Position numbers and translations under genes: made by a program | Assembly (NCBI GenBank): GCA_964016885.1 | Contig: OZ024742.1 | Span: 275,528,001 to 275,592,000 of the forward strand | Length of the DNA: 64,000 nucleotides | Direction of reading: 5' to 3' | DNA from: Eledone cirrhosa | Taxonomy: Eukaryota | Shown: in pieces, positions 11,790-26,132 of the stretch | Position numbering within the stretch: position 1 is the first letter of the stretch | Layout: every line of letters starts with the position of its first letter | The notes under the pieces: generated by a model | What the model was told of the DNA's origin: nothing | Database searches by the model: none | Seen by the model: only the letters and a program-made list of their open reading frames with translations

Positions 11790-14735
11790 TAATGATAAAC
11801 CATTGCTTTCTTCTCCCACATCGCCACCTCAATCCTACTGTTGTATAAAAATATCTTTAAAATTCTATGAGGCACATTGCGCCCTCCACGACACAAACAA
11901 GAAAGCCCAAAATTCACAGTTAATCACTACGTCAGATGTTCTGCACAACGCAATGACTGCATTTTCACACATCTACCTGGCACTAGGCGCAAAAACACTA
12001 CCAGCCAAGACAAAAGCACGCGTCCCACAATGACGCGTCCCACCAACACCACCAAATAGTAAATTGAACGCTAAAACACGCATAAGTCAGAATCCCGTAA
12101 ATCTGCGGATATTCCCAACACGAGAGACTATGTCTACTGCGCGAATGTCCCTTCACTCATATTCGACGGACCCAACGCAGAAACCGAAACAGAGCTCAAG
12201 CCAACACACAAACCACCGTGAAAACACACCCGGTTGCAGTAATGCTGGTCCAGTCTTTTCGCGATGACATAAAAACAATAACAAAAGCGGTAACTACAAA
12301 CCTATCCAACAGAGCAGCCAAAATTCCAGTCAAAACTGCTCCCTAAACAGGAAAATTATTTTTAGCCATGTTGAACCTGGCAAAAAAGATACAAAAAAAA
12401 ATGTTCGCCATCACTCAACACCATCCTATGGTATTACCCCCAGTGCACCCCATTTCTGTCACTAACAAACACTCACAAAACAAGTCCACTGCAACAGATA
12501 GTCAAAACCAGCTACTATACTAGTCTCCACATGTCTACTCAATGCACAATGTGTCAGCCCTTCGATCAATGCACAAAAATGGAAGGTCCAATTCATTGAG
12601 GATTGGGTTGGTAACCATCCACACCACATCCCTTTCTTCATATTTACTAAGAATCACCTTGACAATTCCCACTTGGAAGCCAAATTGAAAGTGAGGAATT
12701 TCACAACCATCCGCGCGGATCGTCGATAGAAGGAAGGGTGGAACCATTACATAGTTCTCGGGAACCTGAGTTTCCACCAGCCGAAAGCTAATCCTAGTGA
12801 CCTCTCTCCAACCTACCCATTTGATAACATAGATCTCTATAATTCCAACAGGAATGCAATCATGAACGAGCTATCACAAGTTGACTGGTCTTTTAAACAC
12901 GCACACATCTCCACCAACATCAAAACTTGGCAAATCTTTGTAGACACTGTCACACACGTGTGTCCAGAACACTCCCACCAATATCTGTGAACAAAATTAA
13001 GTGCAGAATCCCCCAAAACAGAAAAACTATTATCAAAAAAAATAAAAAGAACAAAACAAAATTAACAAACTAAAATTCGGCCAACAGCAACACACACATT
13101 CAACGGTTATAACACTGCTTGAATCAAAAGAAAAAACCTCCAGCAATGCAAGAAGACCATTATCAATAACCAAAGAACAGCTGAGGAGAAATCGGCAATT
13201 GAGGAAATCAAACTCAACACCAAAGTGTTCTTTTCATTTGCGAAAAACACAAGGTCACTGTCTCCACTGTTGGCTCTCTAATTGAGGAAAATGGCACTCT
13301 CCAAGATAATGTCAAAAGCATGGGTGAGATACTGCAGAAACAATACTGCTCTCCTTTCAGCAATCCTGATATGACCCATCTGGGCTGTTTCGGACATAAC
13401 GTTTGGCACCCTGATGACTTAGCGGCAATAAACGAAATTAAATACAATTCAACAGTAGGCCCCAATAGGTTTCCTGCTTGTGTCCTGAAGGTGTGTCAAC
13501 ACCAACTTGCATCTCCTCTTGCAACTCCTGGAGCATCTCCTGGAGCAACTCATTGGATGCTGGCTATATTCCTGAAAACATTCTTTCCCAGTCTGTTGTC
13601 CCAGTTTTTAAAAAGGGAAACAAGTCCCTTGCAGCGAACTACAATACGATCTCAGACACCTCTCATATCATCAAGATATTTGAGGGGGTGGTGTGATCAC
13701 GAATAACCCACATTCTTGAAAACAACAGACTACTGGGTTCCGTAATGCAAGGGACTGCCTAACACAGCTCCTGCATCATTTGATGATATTTTGAGAGCTT
13801 TGGGGGAGGGTTCCAACACTGATGTCATCTACCTTTGGCAGGGTTGATCACAAGATTCTATTGGAAAAACGATCAAACATTGGTGTCTCTCGAAAGTACT
13901 ACAATGGATGAAGTGGTTCCGGACAGACAGAGCACAACATATTGTAGTCGAAGGAGTAAAATCAAGCCCAGCCAAAGTCAGCAGCGGCGTTCCGCAAGGC
14001 ATTGTGTTGGGCCCACTTCTTTTCATCATCTGCATTAATGACATTACTGACATCATCAAGCACAACAACATAAGAATCTTTGCGGATGATTCCACGCTCC
14101 AAAAGGTCATCAATGAAGTGGGTGATCGGACATGCCTTCATCAGACCTACTGGCTGTTATCCAATGGGCGGAAAAGAACAATATGCTGCTGGATGATGAT
14201 AAATTTGAGTTAATCCACTTTGGAAAAGAGTATGCTCTGATCTCCCATACTGCCTTCCTTGAGGTGAAACTCTCGTGGCCTCCAACAACATCAGAGACTT
14301 AGGAGTAATTGTGCACAACATAAGCTGGGCCACGCAAATAAACAGCAAAGTTGACATGGCCCGCAGAATGTGTTCCTGGATTCTCAGACCTTCCATCGAC
14401 AGATATCCATACTATTATCCTTCTCTTCTTCACTTTTGCCCAACGCCACTTTGAATATTGTTGTCTACTGTAGTCTCCCCACATGAAACGAAGTATCATG
14501 AAAATTGAAGCTCCTCAAAGGTCAATCACGAAAAAGATAGAGGGGATGTCAGGCCTTGACTGTTGGGGTCAACTAGAAAAACTCACAATATATTCTGTCC
14601 AAAGTCGCCGATCATCTGCATGATGTGGAAAATATTGCATCAGCACTGCCCAAATGATGTTGGAATCACCTTTAAAGTAAACCCCAGGCTTGGGCTCCGT
14701 GCTATCCACCCACAACAAAGACCACACGCGCATCT
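11790..14735 (+). mobile_element. Degenerate CR1/L2-group LINE
   Basis: Fragments VVPVFKKGNKSLAANY, VSSGVPQGIVLGPLLFIICINDI, IRIFADD; many stops and frameshifts; 5' boundary uncertain. Confidence 0.8.
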
Positions 14736-14934
14736 TATACGTATACATACTTATATTTAAGTATCAGCCGTACCTAGAGTGAGAAATGAAATTTCGTTTA
14801 ATTCTTTTCCATATATCGTTTTCGGTATGCCCGGCTGACTAACTCACTCGATATGCAAATTAGGCTGCTCAGCCGTTAATATGCATAAGGAAAGTATATA
14901 CTTTCAAACGTTTAATCATCTGACAGGAAGGTAT

Positions 14935-14977
14935 ACGATGCTGACGATAGCTAATAAGCTTGAAACTAGTTCATCGT
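14935..14977 (+). ncRNA. Minimal type I hammerhead ribozyme
   Basis: ACGATG-CTGACGA-tAGCT aata AGCTt-GAAA-CTAG-TT-CATCGT; 6-bp stem I, palindromic stem III; lies in a short repeat (14745-15070) whose 5' part recurs at 15175-15247. Confidence 0.8.
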
Positions 14978-15067
14978 TCCTTTGTCAGTGTTGAAAAAAA
15001 GGGCAACGATGGTTGCCGAACACTGTACGGCGTAATTCGGGCTGTTTGTTTACAAACAAACCCATAC

Positions 15068-15121
<54 letters not shown>

Positions 15122-15243
15122 ATATATGTATATATATACATACTACTGTATGTGTGTATACATATATGTATGTACGTATACATACTTATATTTAAGTATC
15201 AGCCGTACTAAGAGTGAGAAATGAAATTTCGTTTCATTCTTTT

Positions 15244-15309
<66 letters not shown>

Positions 15310-15312
<3 letters not shown>

Positions 15313-15830
15313 TAATGGTAATCTGAGTTTTAATAATAATATTCGATTCGTTTTCAATTACGCAAACAAGCCTCATTTTTAAAGCCATGTCAGCCATGTA
15401 GGGCGATAATGTTTTTAAAATTATATATATAGAGAGAGAGAGAGACATACAGATACATACACATACATATATATACATATACACATACACAAAGCTACGG
15501 ATAAGGTGTACATACATATACATAAAAATAATGTTATAACGATAAAATGTTCTTAGATACCACATCATAACGTATATTATCTTTACAACCCGAAAATGCT
15601 TCAGGTGTTTGGTTAAGATTCGATCTTTGGCGTAGAGTATTTCCAGGTCTTCGGCGGCGCAAAGATCACATCCTCCTTTGTTTTCATTGTATGGTCTAGC
15701 TTTAGCTAGGATCTCCCAGTGTAACCTATATCGGGTGTGGTTGTCTTTTAGACTCCAGATATAGGCTGAAAGAAACGTCATTTTTTTATTAAGCATCTTT
15801 GCATATTTTCGTCCATCGCTAGAGAAGGTC
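15310..15830 (-). mobile_element. Penelope-like element 3' fragment (GIY-YIG C-terminal half + 3' UTR)
   Basis: TFLSAYIWSLKDNHTRYRLHWEILAKARPY..GCDLCAAEDLEIL, homologous to 54484-54849. Confidence 0.75.
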
Positions 15831-15831
15831 T

Positions 15832-15970
15832 TCATGAACCAAGGTATCGTCTTCCTTTCTTTCGGTATTAACGTTTTTGAAATATTTAATTCTGCATCTA
15901 CAGATTGATTTTTCTCAGTTTGGAAGAACCTGTAAAAGGGTGAAAGCAGCGATTCTTTGCTTAAACTTTA
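15832..15970 (+). repeat. Dispersed PLE-type terminal segment with decayed hammerhead (15917-15967); second copy at 52935-53082
   Basis: Shared GGGTGAAAGCAGCGATTCTTTGCTTAAACTTTAAT; AGTT-TGGAAGA-ACC..GGT-GAAA-GCA..TGC-TT-AAACT. Confidence 0.65.
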
Positions 15971-16016
15971 ATATGTACATATAACAGATACACACACACA
16001 CACACACGCACGCAAA

Positions 16017-16099
<83 letters not shown>

Positions 16100-16702
16100 C
16101 TGTGTGTGTGTGTGTGTGTGTTTGCGTGCGTGTGTGTATATATATATATAGTGGAAAATGAACGAACGATTAAAATCAGGCAATTGTACACAGTTATACT
16201 GTTTCACGTTTGATGGCAGTTGGGGAGGTTTCAGCTTTTCGGACAGAAGTCCTTTATCAGGAATGTTTGGATAGGGGAAGAGCAGGAAATCCGAGGAGTA
16301 TGGTCGATTTTAAGGAGGGAAGTTACAAAGTAAAAAATAAAAAAATAATGATAGAAATCAAAATCAAAATAAAACAAAAATGATAGGTGTGGTATAGGTC
16401 AAGGGTGGGGTGGTGGGTGGTATGGGTGTGGTAGTGTGTGTGTGTATGGCTTGAAGGGAAGAATGGGGTTTGGGTATAGGGGACTGCAAAAATACTCATA
16501 GTCTAGGGAGAGACGGTGGAGGGTAAAGTGTCTGTGTATGTGTAGATGTGAATTTGTGTGTGGATGTAAGTGTGTTTGAAATAAAGCGAGTGTGTCAGAA
16601 TATGTGTTAAATAGTAAGTACAAACACGTGATTGGTATGCATATGGGTGGTGTGGGTTAGTTATTGGTGTGTGCCGTTACGTGTGTGTGGAAATGGTGTA
16701 CA

Positions 16703-16739
<37 letters not shown>

Positions 16740-18072
16740 TCCTGTATAGGTGTGGGTGTGTGTGTGTGGATGGTCAGTGTCTGGACGTCGATGGACAGGA
16801 TAAGATCGTGCAGTCAAATCCAAAGTGGATGGCGAAGAACATGGAAAGAGGAAGTGAAATAGAAGTGGTGGCACACCGCACCAGGAGTAGTGGCCAGTCC
16901 AACAGAAAGGGTGGAAGGAGAAAGTAGTGACAAACGGGCAATGTGAGAGAAGTGATTGTGGCTTCTATATGTGTGTGAGGAAGCGTGTATATGGAGGAGT
17001 CAGGGGTGTTGTATATATGCAGGTGTGTGTGAGGGGATACAACTGTGAGTTGCGTGTGTATATGTATATGTGCATAGAGGTATGTGTTTGTGTGTGTATA
17101 TAACTCACTGGTTTTACGTGTAGATATTCTCGCTGTTTAGATATATACATACGCGTATTTACGCGTACATACTGGGTGTGTGTGTGTGTTTGAGGCTATA
17201 ATTTTTTGTGTTTTTTTAGTGTATGAATTAAATGGGCCTAACAAGGTGCGTGGTTGGAAACGTAGGTGGTCAATTAGTGGATTAGAGGGTGTCGGGTGGG
17301 GTAATTGAGGGGGTACAAAACGGATGAGGGTGGAGGTGGAGACGACGAGGGGCAAAGTTCAAATTAGTGTTGGAGGGCGCGTAGGCCATCGGTGTGGGGA
17401 ATGACAGTGTAAATGGATTTTATATCCAGAGTGAAGAGGTGGGCCGAGTGGAAAGGTGAAGGAGTCGGAAAGGCGAAGAGTGTGGTAAAATCTAGAGGAT
17501 CATATCATTCTCGATGTCTGAAATGGAGAATGATACACAGTAACTGTAAAATATATAGAAAAAAACTGGACTGGTAATTTTTGATAGGCCTCGAAATTAT
17601 TAAAGGAAAAGTTAACTTCGTGGTATTGGTGTTGATGGTTGTCAGGGTGGTGTCAGCTTTGATAGTGATGATGCTATTGTTACTGAGTTGGGTGGTAGTG
17701 CTGCTACTTTAGATGGTGGTGGTGGTGGTGCCATTTATTCTAATTTAGTCGTCATCGCCAATCTTGTTATTGTTATTGTCGTTGTTGCATTTATCCTTGT
17801 TATATTTATTGTTGTTGATGTTCTTGTTAATTTTGTTGTTTTTACTGATGAAACTATTTTTGTTCCTGCTACCTTTGTTATTAATTCAACAGTTGTAATT
17901 AATATATTTATCATTTAGTTTTGTTCGGATTCTGATGTAAATTAGACAAAGTTGGCGAATGTTTCCCTTCCGGTTTTCACAGTGTGACAGGAAGTGTCAC
18001 TCTTATTGGGTCAGATTTTGTATTTGTTGTCAGTCGAAAGACAAAGAAACGGTGTTTGCAAGGCAGGAAATG

Positions 18073-18073
18073 A

Positions 18074-18141
<68 letters not shown>

Positions 18142-18145
18142 ACGA

Positions 18146-18193
<48 letters not shown>

Positions 18194-18209
18194 AAAAAAG
18201 AAAGAAAGA
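18073..18209. repeat. (GAAA)n microsatellite; representative of dozens of (TA)n, (CA)n, (GA)n, (TACA)n, (ATT)n, (GAA)n and (CAA)n tracts
   Basis: Direct reading. Confidence 0.97.
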
Positions 18210-18944
18210 CAGGCATGCAGGATAGGCGGAGGGAATAGCAGGAAGAGAATAGGTAAAAAAGTAAGGAAAGATAAAACGAAACAAAGAGAGGGAGAGGTTA
18301 AGTGAGAGAAAGAGATAAATAAATGAAAAGAAATAAACAAATAAACAAATAAATAGAAAATAATTCCCCATCCTGTCGGCCGGGACAAAGAGGTGGCGGG
18401 TAAATTAGTTGAGATGGAGGATACTCGTTTGGTGTTGAGATATATACTCAATAGAAAAGGTAAGAAATGTAGCGATAAACAAAATTATGCAAAGAAGAAA
18501 CTCAAAGAGAATTTAAATTATGTGAACATGAATGAATGAAGTAAATAAAGTAAAGGAGAAAGAAAAATATATAGTTGACGAAATATTTTGGAATTTAAGA
18601 AATTAAAAATAAATGGAGACAAGAATCATATATAAGGAAAACTCATGGTTAGTATTTTGAGGATGATAAAGAAATGAAAATAGGATTCATGGTATTTAGT
18701 TCCGTTTTTGTAATACTTTATGAATTATATCATTTATGGGCTTTAGAATTGTGACTATATCAATCAATATTTCTCATATTATCTCGACATTGTTCATTAT
18801 ATTTTCAATTTTTACTATTTCGGTTGTTAGAAATGAGTTAAATATAGCCATATAGCCAAATAATGAAACTTCCGCAATGAAATATATTAATCAATTAACT
18901 TGTGAAGGCATGCTTCGGTTTATACACATTCCACATATTTTACT

Positions 18945-19490
18945 GCCTCACTGTCATCTATCAGATTTCAATAATCTATCTTACAACATCACTGAAATCT
19001 ATCAGGATCATACTGTATCACTTCGAACTATTTTTCTACATCCCTGCCGTCTATCACATCTTACTTCATCACTGCCATCTATTACGGTATTTTTCTCCCT
19101 CACTACCACTTATCGTGCAATCTTAATTTAACACTATATGACTTAATTACACCACTGTACACCAAAACACTATCGCCTATTGGGTACACTACTCTAACAC
19201 ATCCACATATATTTTTTTTTACTATATTAGTGTGTCCTGTCATGGTGTCTTAATATAACGCTACGACTTATCTTATGTCTTAGTATAACGCTACCACCTC
19301 CCCCAGTTTCTTACTATATTACTGCCTCCTTTCATTGCATTTTATCACTGTCTCCTAACATGGTCTTTCACTACATCACTGCTACCTCTTACAAATTTGA
19401 TTGTATCATTGCCATCAATTAGATCTTACAATATCAGTGCCATCTTGTCACATCTCAGTGATCTTACTACATTATTGTCATTTATCACGC
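18945..19490. repeat. Highly degenerate ~29-bp minisatellite
   Basis: Recurring ATCTTAC(T/A)ACATCACTGCCATCTATCAC-like units. Confidence 0.55.
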
Positions 19491-21617
19491 AATTACGAAG
19501 CAGCAGCCGAGCATCACTTACATGATAACATAAAACACAGCAAAATCACTAATCATGGAAGACAGTGGAAAATTTAATCCTAGTTACATTGCCAAGAAAA
19601 TAATGACAGGGGATAAATCACCACTAGATCAGAGATGGTCTGATGGTTAGACAAAACGAAATCGACAATAAAATGAAATCGTTACATGCATTCGCCTTCC
19701 TTCCAGTGTGCCACTATCTGTTCAACCGAAATGGCTGGTTCTTGCCTGGTGTGTATTCAAATAATCCCCTTGTAATTTCAACAAAGAATGTGTCTATATA
19801 CTGCAATAAAGATTTTTCAACACCACTCTGCATTGTCCACAATTATAACATCAACATTTAATATTGCCAGATGATAGGGCTTTAGCATAATCGATTAAAT
19901 GCGGAAAATGCATGACTACTGATAACTTTTGATACCACGAGTGAAACAAAGGATATGATGACAAAATCAATCACCATGCACGAGTTGTAGATAAATGAAG
20001 GACAGAGCTTAAAATCGCATGCTCCTTTGGGTCACTTTACTTCTTTCAAGAACTCTTTTTGTGCTATCAAGTGCCCGAAAGAACTTGACAAGTACACGCT
20101 TCTATCATCCGATTTGGGAGGTTTTATAGGTTGGTTACCCATGCAGTGGTTTACGGCATCAGCCTACTGACAACACGAATTACATTCGAGAATGTTGTTT
20201 TGACGGTAGCAAACATAGCTTATGTATTATAGTTTCTACTTAATACGTTAATTCTGTCGCCTTGTCATGTGATCTAAACCATATAGCACCAGCACCACAA
20301 CTCAAAACTGTTGAATGCGTGTAATGGCAGTTATGGGCCACAGACACACTGAGCCACGGAGAAGACACATTACTTCTCTTTCACACTTTCCTAAAGTGTA
20401 AAAAGACTTTCCCTGATGAATAATTCTAATTTTGGTAAAAGGTGAATAGATGAAAAAGATCAAATTAATACCAGTAATCAATTATGCATTTCCATATTTA
20501 AATGCTTATCTTTATGTTTTTAAGTTACAAATTATTTTTTTTTTATACAGACTTCGAAAACGCGATAAAAGACAAACCACTGAATTTTTAAGGAGATTAG
20601 AAAGAAATGTAAGCAAATATATGTTATCTAGTCCGAGCAATCTAATACATGAAATAATAGTTTCTAATATTGGCAAATTATCATGTATGCCGTGGAAGAG
20701 GAAATGGTGGATTATGCCGACCAGAACATTCCTGATACTGGAAAGGCAAACTACACATCAACCTCAGGCATTCTGTTTGGTACTCTACCGCTCTGAAAAG
20801 CATCATCAATACAACATGAATTTTAAGGAATTTCCTTTATACATTTAGCTAAATAGTAAAGAGAACTAAATTAAATTAAATGTAGACTTAGCGGCATCTT
20901 TTATTCCTATTATGAGGGGAGCGCTATAAGAAGCAGAATTTGTTTTATCTCTCTGACTCAAGGCCACGTATTTGTTAGACCTATAATAAGTCTGTTGCAG
21001 ACATAATTACATTTTTTAACTAAAAAGTTTCAAACAATACAACTAAGCTCAAAACAATTTTTATAAATCGAAATAAGAATTGAAACAGGTCTGCAAAAAG
21101 GAAATGGTACATGGTGCCACCAATCTAATTTAACAGATTTTTAATTGTCTACATATATTTGTAAATTGGCTTGAGTGAGATTTACCTACTATTTCTAGTA
21201 TAATGGTCGACAAAATAAAAGATCGATCATAACCTAGCTCTCTGCCAATCAAACAAAACACAGAATTGAAAGAAAATTATATGCTACGAGATATTTGCTC
21301 GACATTCTACAACTTCTGGTACTCCAGATACGTAACAGGCATAAATAAAATATCTAATCAATATTAACTAGCATTGTTATTGGAATGTAGAAGTGATGAC
21401 CGTTGTCTACGAAATATGTTACTAGACGTCTATATCCGGTATCCGCTTCTAATTTCCGATGGAAATCATTCGACAAATGTTTTTAATCACTATAGAAAGT
21501 CTGCGTTACAATATTACAACCACAACTCACAGTTAATTAAAATCAAATAGGAAAAACGAATATTATTTTTGTTCATGTTGTAATTTGCATTGTTCATGGA
21601 CACACACACACACAAAC

Positions 21618-21696
<79 letters not shown>

Positions 21697-21758
21697 ATAT
21701 ATTTGTGTGTGACACTATGCATATATGTATGCATATATATATATATATATATATATAT

Positions 21759-21820
<62 letters not shown>

Positions 21821-21826
<6 letters not shown>

Positions 21827-23895
21827 AAAGAGAAAACACAGGTAAGCATTAAAAAAAGGATTTTATCCAGGTATTTATTTTGATTATAACCCCACAATTA
21901 GACTTATATGCCCGTCCAAATCGGACATTGGGAAAATTAGTAAACATATATTAGACAGAGTGATAGCACAAATGAAGAATAACCTAGTGATTAAACTATG
22001 GGGTAACACTACTGAAACAATTAAATGGTTTAACAATATAGCTAACAAAAAGTATCTAAGTTTATACAATTTGACATTAACGACTATTACTCCTCTATAT
22101 CACCCAATACCTTAGATAAAGCCTTAGCATTCGCCAAAGCCAATTCTGACCTGACAGACGACGAGATAAAAATTATATTAGCTGTTAGGAAAACAATAAT
22201 TAAATTTGAAAACGCCTATTGGGAACGTAAGGTTAGATCAAATAACTTTGACATCACGATGGGGGCTAATGACTCGGATTTAGTAGTTATTTACATAGCC
22301 CATAGTTTACAGAGGGAATTTAGCTACCTTTACGGTGGAATCTACAGAGACGACGCCCTTCTCCTAGTTAAGAACCTAAATAACTAGAGCATAGAAAGAC
22401 TGCGTAAGAATATTAGAAAGACTCTCGGGAAACTAGGGCTTAGCATAACGTATGAATATAGCACTCAAATTGTTAACTTTCTAGACGCGACGCTTAACCT
22501 AAATACGGGACTTATAAGACCTTTTCTCAAGAATAATGAAAACTTAGCATACATCAACTGTAATTCGAACCACCCACTCTCCATAATTAAATCCGTTCTA
22601 CGCAGCGTATCCCTTAGGATCTCCCGCCTCTCGTCTAACCGACAAATCTTCGAGGAACACGCGGAGTGCTACAATAAAGCAGGCCACCTAGATAGAGTAG
22701 TATATATAGATGACAGCCTCCGCAAAGCACACATGAACAGGCATAACACAAACTCCAGAAACACACGCACAAACGCATTTACGCATAGAACTACAAATTA
22801 TACTGAAAATAGAAATACAACATCAAAATCAAACAGGTCATGCAGTAGAAAATATATTTGGTATAACCCCATATTTAACACCTCTATTAGTACCAACCTA
22901 CCCTCTACCTTCTTTAGAATAATAAATAAGCACTTTCCAGATTCACATAGATACAGCAAAATCCTTAACACTAAATCTATTAGACTATCTTACTCCATGG
23001 CCCCAAACATAGAGGCACACATTAAGATGGTTAACGCTAAAAAGATACGTAACAACACCGGAACACAAATTTATAACAATAACAATACAATTACCATCGA
23101 GCACAACAGAATATCTAATACACAACCACCCACTAGAAAGTAAACAAAACGTAACACACTTGTACAGGCATCGCAGCCCACCAATAATGCCAAAGTTGCC
23201 CATGACAAGAATTGTAATTGCCACCTACCTGAAACCTGTCCATTGCATAATGAATGTATGCAGTCTAACTTGGTTTACCAATGCACAGTAGAATAAGGCA
23301 ACCAGAAATGGTATTACATCGGAGCGACTGGGAATAAATTTAAAGCTCGTTGGTATACACACCGTTACGCAATGAAACATTCCCAGCATCGTTATGTAAC
23401 TACTCTTGCGAACAAGACTTGGAAACTGCGGGAAAGTAACCATCAATACACCCTGAAGTGGAAAAAATTATCGAACGCGCCCCCATATCGGAGTAGTATG
23501 AGAAGCTGTCAGTTATGTGACCTTTAACTGTTCCACATTTTGAGTTCGAAGAATAAGTTACTCAACAATAAAATCGAAAGATCAATTTATTGTAACCATA
23601 GACTCAAAGAAAAATGTTCGCACTACAAGTACAAATCGAACCCTTAACCTCTTACTACCACCTGACAAACTGCATATACTTAGACTTTCTACCCTCTTAT
23701 TGAATCTAACCCCTTTAATTACCCACAATAACCAATACCTATGTCCCTCCCTCCACTTCACTCCTTTTTCTCTTTTTTCGTTTTCTTTTTTTCTTCACTC
23801 CCTTTTTTGCTATCTTTTCTTTTCTTTTCTCTTTTCTCCCCTCCCCCTTCTTTATTTTTATTTATATATATATTTATCTCTCTATCTCTCCCCTA

Positions 23896-23970
<75 letters not shown>

Positions 23971-25386
23971 CTCTCTCTCTCTCTCTCCCTCCCACTATAA
24001 ACAATGTAATTCTCTTTAACTCCCTACACTGTAAATTGACGATATCAAGTCTACGAATCAAAACTGATCGAGGAATCCTTCCACCTTTACCCCTCCCTCC
24101 ATCTCCGTTTGTCACTCTACTTCCTAATTCTACTCCCCCTTCCTCTCTCTCTCTATACTACTCCGTTTGTCACTCTACTTTCTAATTATTCTCCCCCTTC
24201 CTCTCTCTCTATACTACTCCGTTTGTCGTTTGTCACTCTACTTCCTAATTCTTCTCCCCCTTCCTCTCTCTCTATACTACTCCGTTTGTCGTTTGTCACT
24301 CTACTTCCTAATTCTTCTCCCCCTTCCTCTCTCTCTATACTACTCCGTTTGTCGTTTGTCACTCTACTTCCTAATTCTTCTCCCCCTTCCTCTCTCTCTA
24401 TACTACTCCGTTTGTCGTTTGTCACTCTACTTCCTAATTCTTCTCCCCCTTCCTCTCTCTCTATACTACTCCGTTTGTCGTTTGTCACTCTACTTCCTAA
24501 TTCTTCTCCCCCTTCCTCTCTCTCTATACTACTCCGTTTGTCGTTTGTCACTCTACTTCCTAATTCTTCTCCCCCTTCCTCTCTCTCTATACTACTCCGT
24601 TTGTCGTTTGTCACTCTACTTCCTAATTCTTCTCCCCCTTCCTCTCTCTCTATACTACTCCGTTTGTCGTTTGTCACTCTACTTCCTAATTCTTCTCCCC
24701 CTTCCTCTCTCTCTATACTACTCCGTTTGTCGTTTGTCACTCTACTTCCTAATTCTTCTCCCCCTTCCTCTCTCTCTATACTACTCCGTTTGTCGTTTGT
24801 CACTCTACTTCCTAATTCTTCTCCCCCTTCCTCTCTCTCTATACTACTCCGTTTGTCGTTTGTCACTCTACTTCCTAATTCTTCTCCCCCTTCCTCTCTC
24901 TCTATACTACTCCGTTTGTCGTTTGTCACTCTACTTCCTAATTCTTCTCCCCCTTCCTCTCTCTCTATACTACTCCGTTTGTCGTTTGTCACTCTACTTC
25001 CTAATTCTTCTCCCCCTTCCTCTCTCTCTATACTAGTAAATTCAATTCCAAAGAAATGTTTTTTTTATAAATTAAGAACCTTTTACGAGTAACTTATTCA
25101 TTATTTTGAAAATTTGGAGGTGAACAACAATTATTATTGAATGGCTGCTATTTGCAGTATAGCGATATAAGGTTGCACTTACCAATGAAACGGTCGTAAA
25201 TACCTGGATAAAATCATTTTTTTTAATGCTTACCTGTGTTTTCTCTTTTACTCTTTATACTCCAAGATTGAACGCGATTCTTACAAGCTTGTAGAGTTAA
25301 CCCTAACCGTACGTTGAAACCGACCATGAAACTGGCTCTCTTAACCACGAACTGGTTTACAATAAGCAATTTTCTGCTTCCCTAAC
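21821..25386 (+). mobile_element. Penelope-like element (Nematis-like, tentative), 5'-truncated, with inverted terminal segment
   Basis: QFDINDYYSSI, FDITMGAND, GGIYRDDALL, WYNP, CNC..CP..C linker, LVYQCTV..YIG; 21821-21877 is the reverse complement of 25197-25254. Confidence 0.88.
24105..25035. repeat. 63-bp minisatellite: 13 apparently identical units plus 2 shorter variants, inside the PLE 3' UTR
   Basis: GTTTGTCGTTTGTCACTCTACTTCCTAATTCTTCTCCCCCTTCCTCTCTCTCTATACTACTCC recurring every 63 nt from 24221. Confidence 0.97.
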
Positions 25387-25404
25387 TATATATATATATA
25401 CATA

Positions 25405-25710
25405 ATCAAGTATGGCCATTGCACGATATAACATTATTAAAAGTTATCAATTAACTCTATCGTGCAATGACTGTGCGTGAAGACTTTTTTTTAAATGATG
25501 AAAATATGTGCACTGAGCCAACCTCACTATCTGAGCGACCGTAGCTATAACCCGAAAAGACGAAAAGATCAACATCATCGGTGACAACTGAACCGCAGTT
25601 TTTATGTCGGAGTTATCCCAGTTTCCTGAGTTGCCTTCTAGAAGAATGCCCTGACAAAGTCTAGGGGTCCTTCACTCTTAGTGGTTTAACCGCGTGATCG
25701 GGTATTCAGC
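25405..25710. repeat. Unclassified ~300-bp dispersed repeat with terminal stem-loop; second copy at 28331-28628
   Basis: Both start ATCAAGTATGGCCATTGCACGATA..TATCGTGCAATG and end AACCGCG(T/C)GATCGGGTAT. Confidence 0.85.
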
Positions 25711-25753
25711 CCGATTTTTTTTGTATGTCCTCGCATATATAACATACACATGC

Positions 25754-25809
<56 letters not shown>

Positions 25810-25812
<3 letters not shown>

Positions 25813-26094
25813 TGTATATATAGTGTATTTTGCAATACACTGTATGCTTAATTGAAAGCATTTCGAAGACCTTATGTTATTGTTTTAGAGTAGTGACAGA
25901 CTCGCTTACTTTAATTTCAGCAACAGTTAGCTTTATCTCCCCCTGTTTGCTGAAATTAAAGTAAGTGAGTCTGTCACTACTCTAAAACAATAGCATAAGG
26001 TCTTCGAAATGCTTTTAATTAAGCATACAGTGTATTGCAAAATACACTATATATACATTCATATATATATAGCTATTTCAGAGCACCAATTCTA

Positions 26095-26098
<4 letters not shown>
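25810..26098 (+). mobile_element. Foldback mini-element A (~117-bp arms, ~16-nt loop, ~27-nt 3' tail) in (TA)n
   Basis: 25810-25926 is the near-perfect reverse complement of 25943-26060. Confidence 0.85.
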
Positions 26099-26128
<30 letters not shown>

Positions 26129-26132
26129 TATT

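Noticed and set aside
16140-18060. Possible CR1 3' relic (~16780-16930), PLE relic (~17915-18060) and hammerhead-like CTGATAA..GAAA (~16225-16265), all on minus
   Set aside because: Too decayed to support a firm call.
24109-25092. Long repeat ORFs (327, 289 and 268 aa) and a CRISPR-like appearance
   Set aside because: A pure tandem 63-bp unit divisible by three with no unique spacers; eukaryotic context and no cas genes.
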